A stretch of DNA of 64,000 nt from Methanocella sp. (GTDB lineage: Archaea; Thermoproteota; Bathyarchaeia; Bathyarchaeales; Bathycorpusculaceae), in assembly GCA_050261115.1 (NCBI GenBank), contig JBLNCY010000010.1, positions 32,001 through 96,000 of the forward strand, written 5' to 3'. Position numbers and translations under genes: made by a program. The notes under the pieces are model-generated. The model was not told where the DNA came from and did not search any database. It saw nothing but the letters and a program-made list of their open reading frames with translations. Shown here piece by piece: positions 62,127-64,000 of the stretch (positions are counted from its first letter, which is position 1; every line of letters starts with the position of its first letter).

Positions 62127-62768
62127 CTACTCGATCAGTAGCAGAGCAAATGAGTCTGCGCTTTTGCTGAAAGGGAACTGGTAGTGGATGCCCGCGTTAG
62201 CCGCAGTTTTCTTAACGTTCACTCCAATGGCGTCCTCTGAAATGCGCATGAGTTCGGGGTGGCGACAGATTTTGGTTTCGGTGTTGCATTTCTCGCATAG
62301 CTGACAATGGCCCGAAACAAAAGCCATAGCCAAAGTGTAACCCTGATTCATAGCGGCTTTTTCAAGAGCAACGACGGATTGGAGCATCTTGAGTTTGCTG
62401 TCTTTCCAGCCCTGCCAGAATTTGGCGGCTTTCTCCTTGATGTCTTTTGGAACTTTGGGGTCTGTCTGATAAGTCATGAGGTATGGATAAACTTCGGGGT
62501 CGCAACTGGCCTGGGTGGTGAATTTCATAAACATTGCATAGCTGTATTCGCCAACGATTTTGCGAAACTGCTCCGCTGTGGGTGTGTAGGGTGGGCATGC
62601 GAGGGTTTCGCCGTAGTGGTTGCAGCCGACTTTGCATTTAAGCACCACTCGGTCTTCAATGATGACCTGGCTTGCTGGGATAATTTTGGCGTCTGCTGCA
62701 CCCGACTCGAGGGCAAGTTTAGCAAGGAACTGAAACTTTTCCGTTTCGGAACTGTTCATCTTACTCAC
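62127..62768 (-). CDS. DUF2284 metal-binding protein
   Basis: KCKVGC..YG..LACPP, GHCQLCEKC, CRHP...SEDAIGVNV. Confidence 0.88.
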   Translation of the reverse strand: MSKMNSSETEKFQFLAKLALESGAADAKIIPASQVIIEDRVVLKCKVGCNHYGETLACPPYTPTAEQFRKIVGEYSYAMFMKFTTQASCDPEVYPYLMTYQTDPKVPKDIKEKAAKFWQGWKDSKLKMLQSVVALEKAAMNQGYTLAMAFVSGHCQLCEKCNTETKICRHPELMRISEDAIGVNVKKTAANAGIHYQFPFSKSADSFALLLIE

Positions 62769-62968
62769 GATTCCGGCTGTGTGAGACTCCGAAACTTGAT
62801 ATAATATTTACGGCACGCCTCCTGCGATATCTATGGAGTGAGCCGAACGCTGGAAAGAAAAAACCGTTAGTTCAATAAATAAGCCGACCTTATTTGACCG
62901 AGACTGCTGGTTTATAAAAAAATGCTGAGTGGTTTTCCGCTATTACGCTAGCGGCCACTACCTGTTAG

Positions 62969-63190
62969 TTATTGCCAGTCTTTTCGGCGTCTAGACCATG
63001 CTTGTTGTTCGGTATCAGGTTTTCTTGGGCTTGTCTGGAATGACCTGTTAAATGTTTCTCTTCTAGGGGTTCTATGTTTGGGTAGGCATTCTCTACAGTA
63101 GACTGGTTTATCTGCTTGGGGTTTGAAGGGGACTGTGGCGGTTTTGCCGCAGTCGGAACATTTTATTTGGGTTGATTCGTTTGTTGACAC
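62969..63190 (-). CDS. CxxC-x17-CxxC zinc-ribbon protein
   Basis: KCSDCGKTATVPFKPQADKPVYCREC. Confidence 0.88.
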   Translation of the reverse strand: MSTNESTQIKCSDCGKTATVPFKPQADKPVYCRECLPKHRTPRRETFNRSFQTSPRKPDTEQQAWSRRRKDWQ

Positions 63191-63518
63191 TTATTTTTCC
63201 TGTTAATATGATGCTTGAGATAATCGCAACTTAAATTAACAATGATAGTGTCGTTGGCTTAGACTTAAGTGTTTGGCATAAAACTTGGTTTTTCTCTTGA
63301 GGTTAATTGTTACTGTCGGTTAGCATTACTCTAATATAGTCGCCTTTATACTTGATTGATATTAGAATTCCTTAGAGGAAAGCAACAGTTCAAAAACTGG
63401 TTTTTCTCCAATCATTCTGATCATAGATTGAGGTGGGCTAAAGTTAGAGTTCAAGCAGAAAACCCCTGTGAAAACTTAGCCTTAACTGAAAATTTATAGA
63501 TAAACTGGAACGATAAAC

Positions 63519-64000
63519 ATGTCTGAACTAAATGATAATTGGCCAGAACCCGGCGACCTTGTAATGGCAACTATAAACACCGTGATGGATTATGGTGCAT
63601 ACGCAAACCTTGATGAGTATAACCGTCGCGGGTTCCTTCATATCTCCGAAATTTCAAGCGCCCGCATACGAAACATTCGGGATTTCGTTCGGTCAAATCA
63701 GAAACTGGTTCTGAAAGTCTTACGTGTGGATATCGAAAAAGGTCACATTGACTTATCGTTGAGGCGTGTTAATAGACGTGAGCGAATTGAGAAGATAAAG
63801 TCTTGGAAAGAGGACCGAAAAGCAGATGCCCTTCTTCATGCGGTGGCTGATAAGGCTGGTCTAACATTTGAAGAGGTTAACCAGCAGGTCGGCCTCATAC
63901 TTAGGGAAAAATTCGGTTTATACGCTGGGTTTGAAAAGGCCTCAAAAGAAGGCGCAAGTGTCCTTTCCTCGCTTGGTATACCTGAGAATCTCGCTAACAT
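63519..64000 (+). CDS. eif2a: Translation initiation factor aIF2 alpha subunit, 5' part (runs off window edge)
   Basis: MSELNDNWPEPGDLVMATI..VMDYGAYANLDEY..GFLHISEISS..IRNIRDFV..KVLRVD..KGHIDLSLRRV (S1 domain). Confidence 0.95.
   Translation, partial: MSELNDNWPEPGDLVMATINTVMDYGAYANLDEYNRRGFLHISEISSARIRNIRDFVRSNQKLVLKVLRVDIEKGHIDLSLRRVNRRERIEKIKSWKEDRKADALLHAVADKAGLTFEEVNQQVGLILREKFGLYAGFEKASKEGASVLSSLGIPENLAN

Noticed and set aside
62928-62960. Hairpin AGTGG..CCGCTA..TAGCGGCCACT as an ncRNA or riboswitch
   Set aside because: Single imperfect stem just after a stop codon; no recognisable aptamer consensus

Overview
Archaeal chromosomal window, most likely Bathyarchaeia (TACK). This is inferred from aEF-1alpha, aIF2alpha, archaeal GlyRS/MetRS/TPI/short PurA, a two-subunit tRNA-splicing endonuclease, TATA promoters with oligo-T terminators, and the style of the hypothetical proteins. 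It holds about 60 protein genes: translation/tRNA processing (tuf, metG, glyS, two endA subunits, partial aIF2alpha), alpha-glucan and sugar metabolism (glgP, debranching enzyme, GalT-like, NDP-sugar pyrophosphorylase, tpiA, GH2 beta-mannosidase, TrmB-CBS regulator), glycosyltransferases (GT4, two GT39/PMT-like), peptidases, regulators and several tiny Zn-finger proteins. There are two intronless tRNAs (Ile-GAU, Leu-CAG) and several gene relics (cheA, PadR, RHH, membrane protein, PEF tail). No CRISPR array, rRNA, transposase or integrase was seen. Most notable unexplained signals: (1) a dispersed intergenic repeat family (core GTTGANTCTATAT + purine tract + GCA.AGCA.CAG; 5 clear copies, two colinear over ~150 bp); (2) several genes that appear to start at ACG/ATA/ATC behind good Shine-Dalgarno motifs; (3) an RNase HI-glyoxalase(VOC) fusion with both active sites intact; (4) an in-frame amber codon in a YihY gene; (5) sub-kilobase G+T versus A+C skew blocks that flip inside single genes. 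All family assignments come from motif recognition by eye, not database searches.
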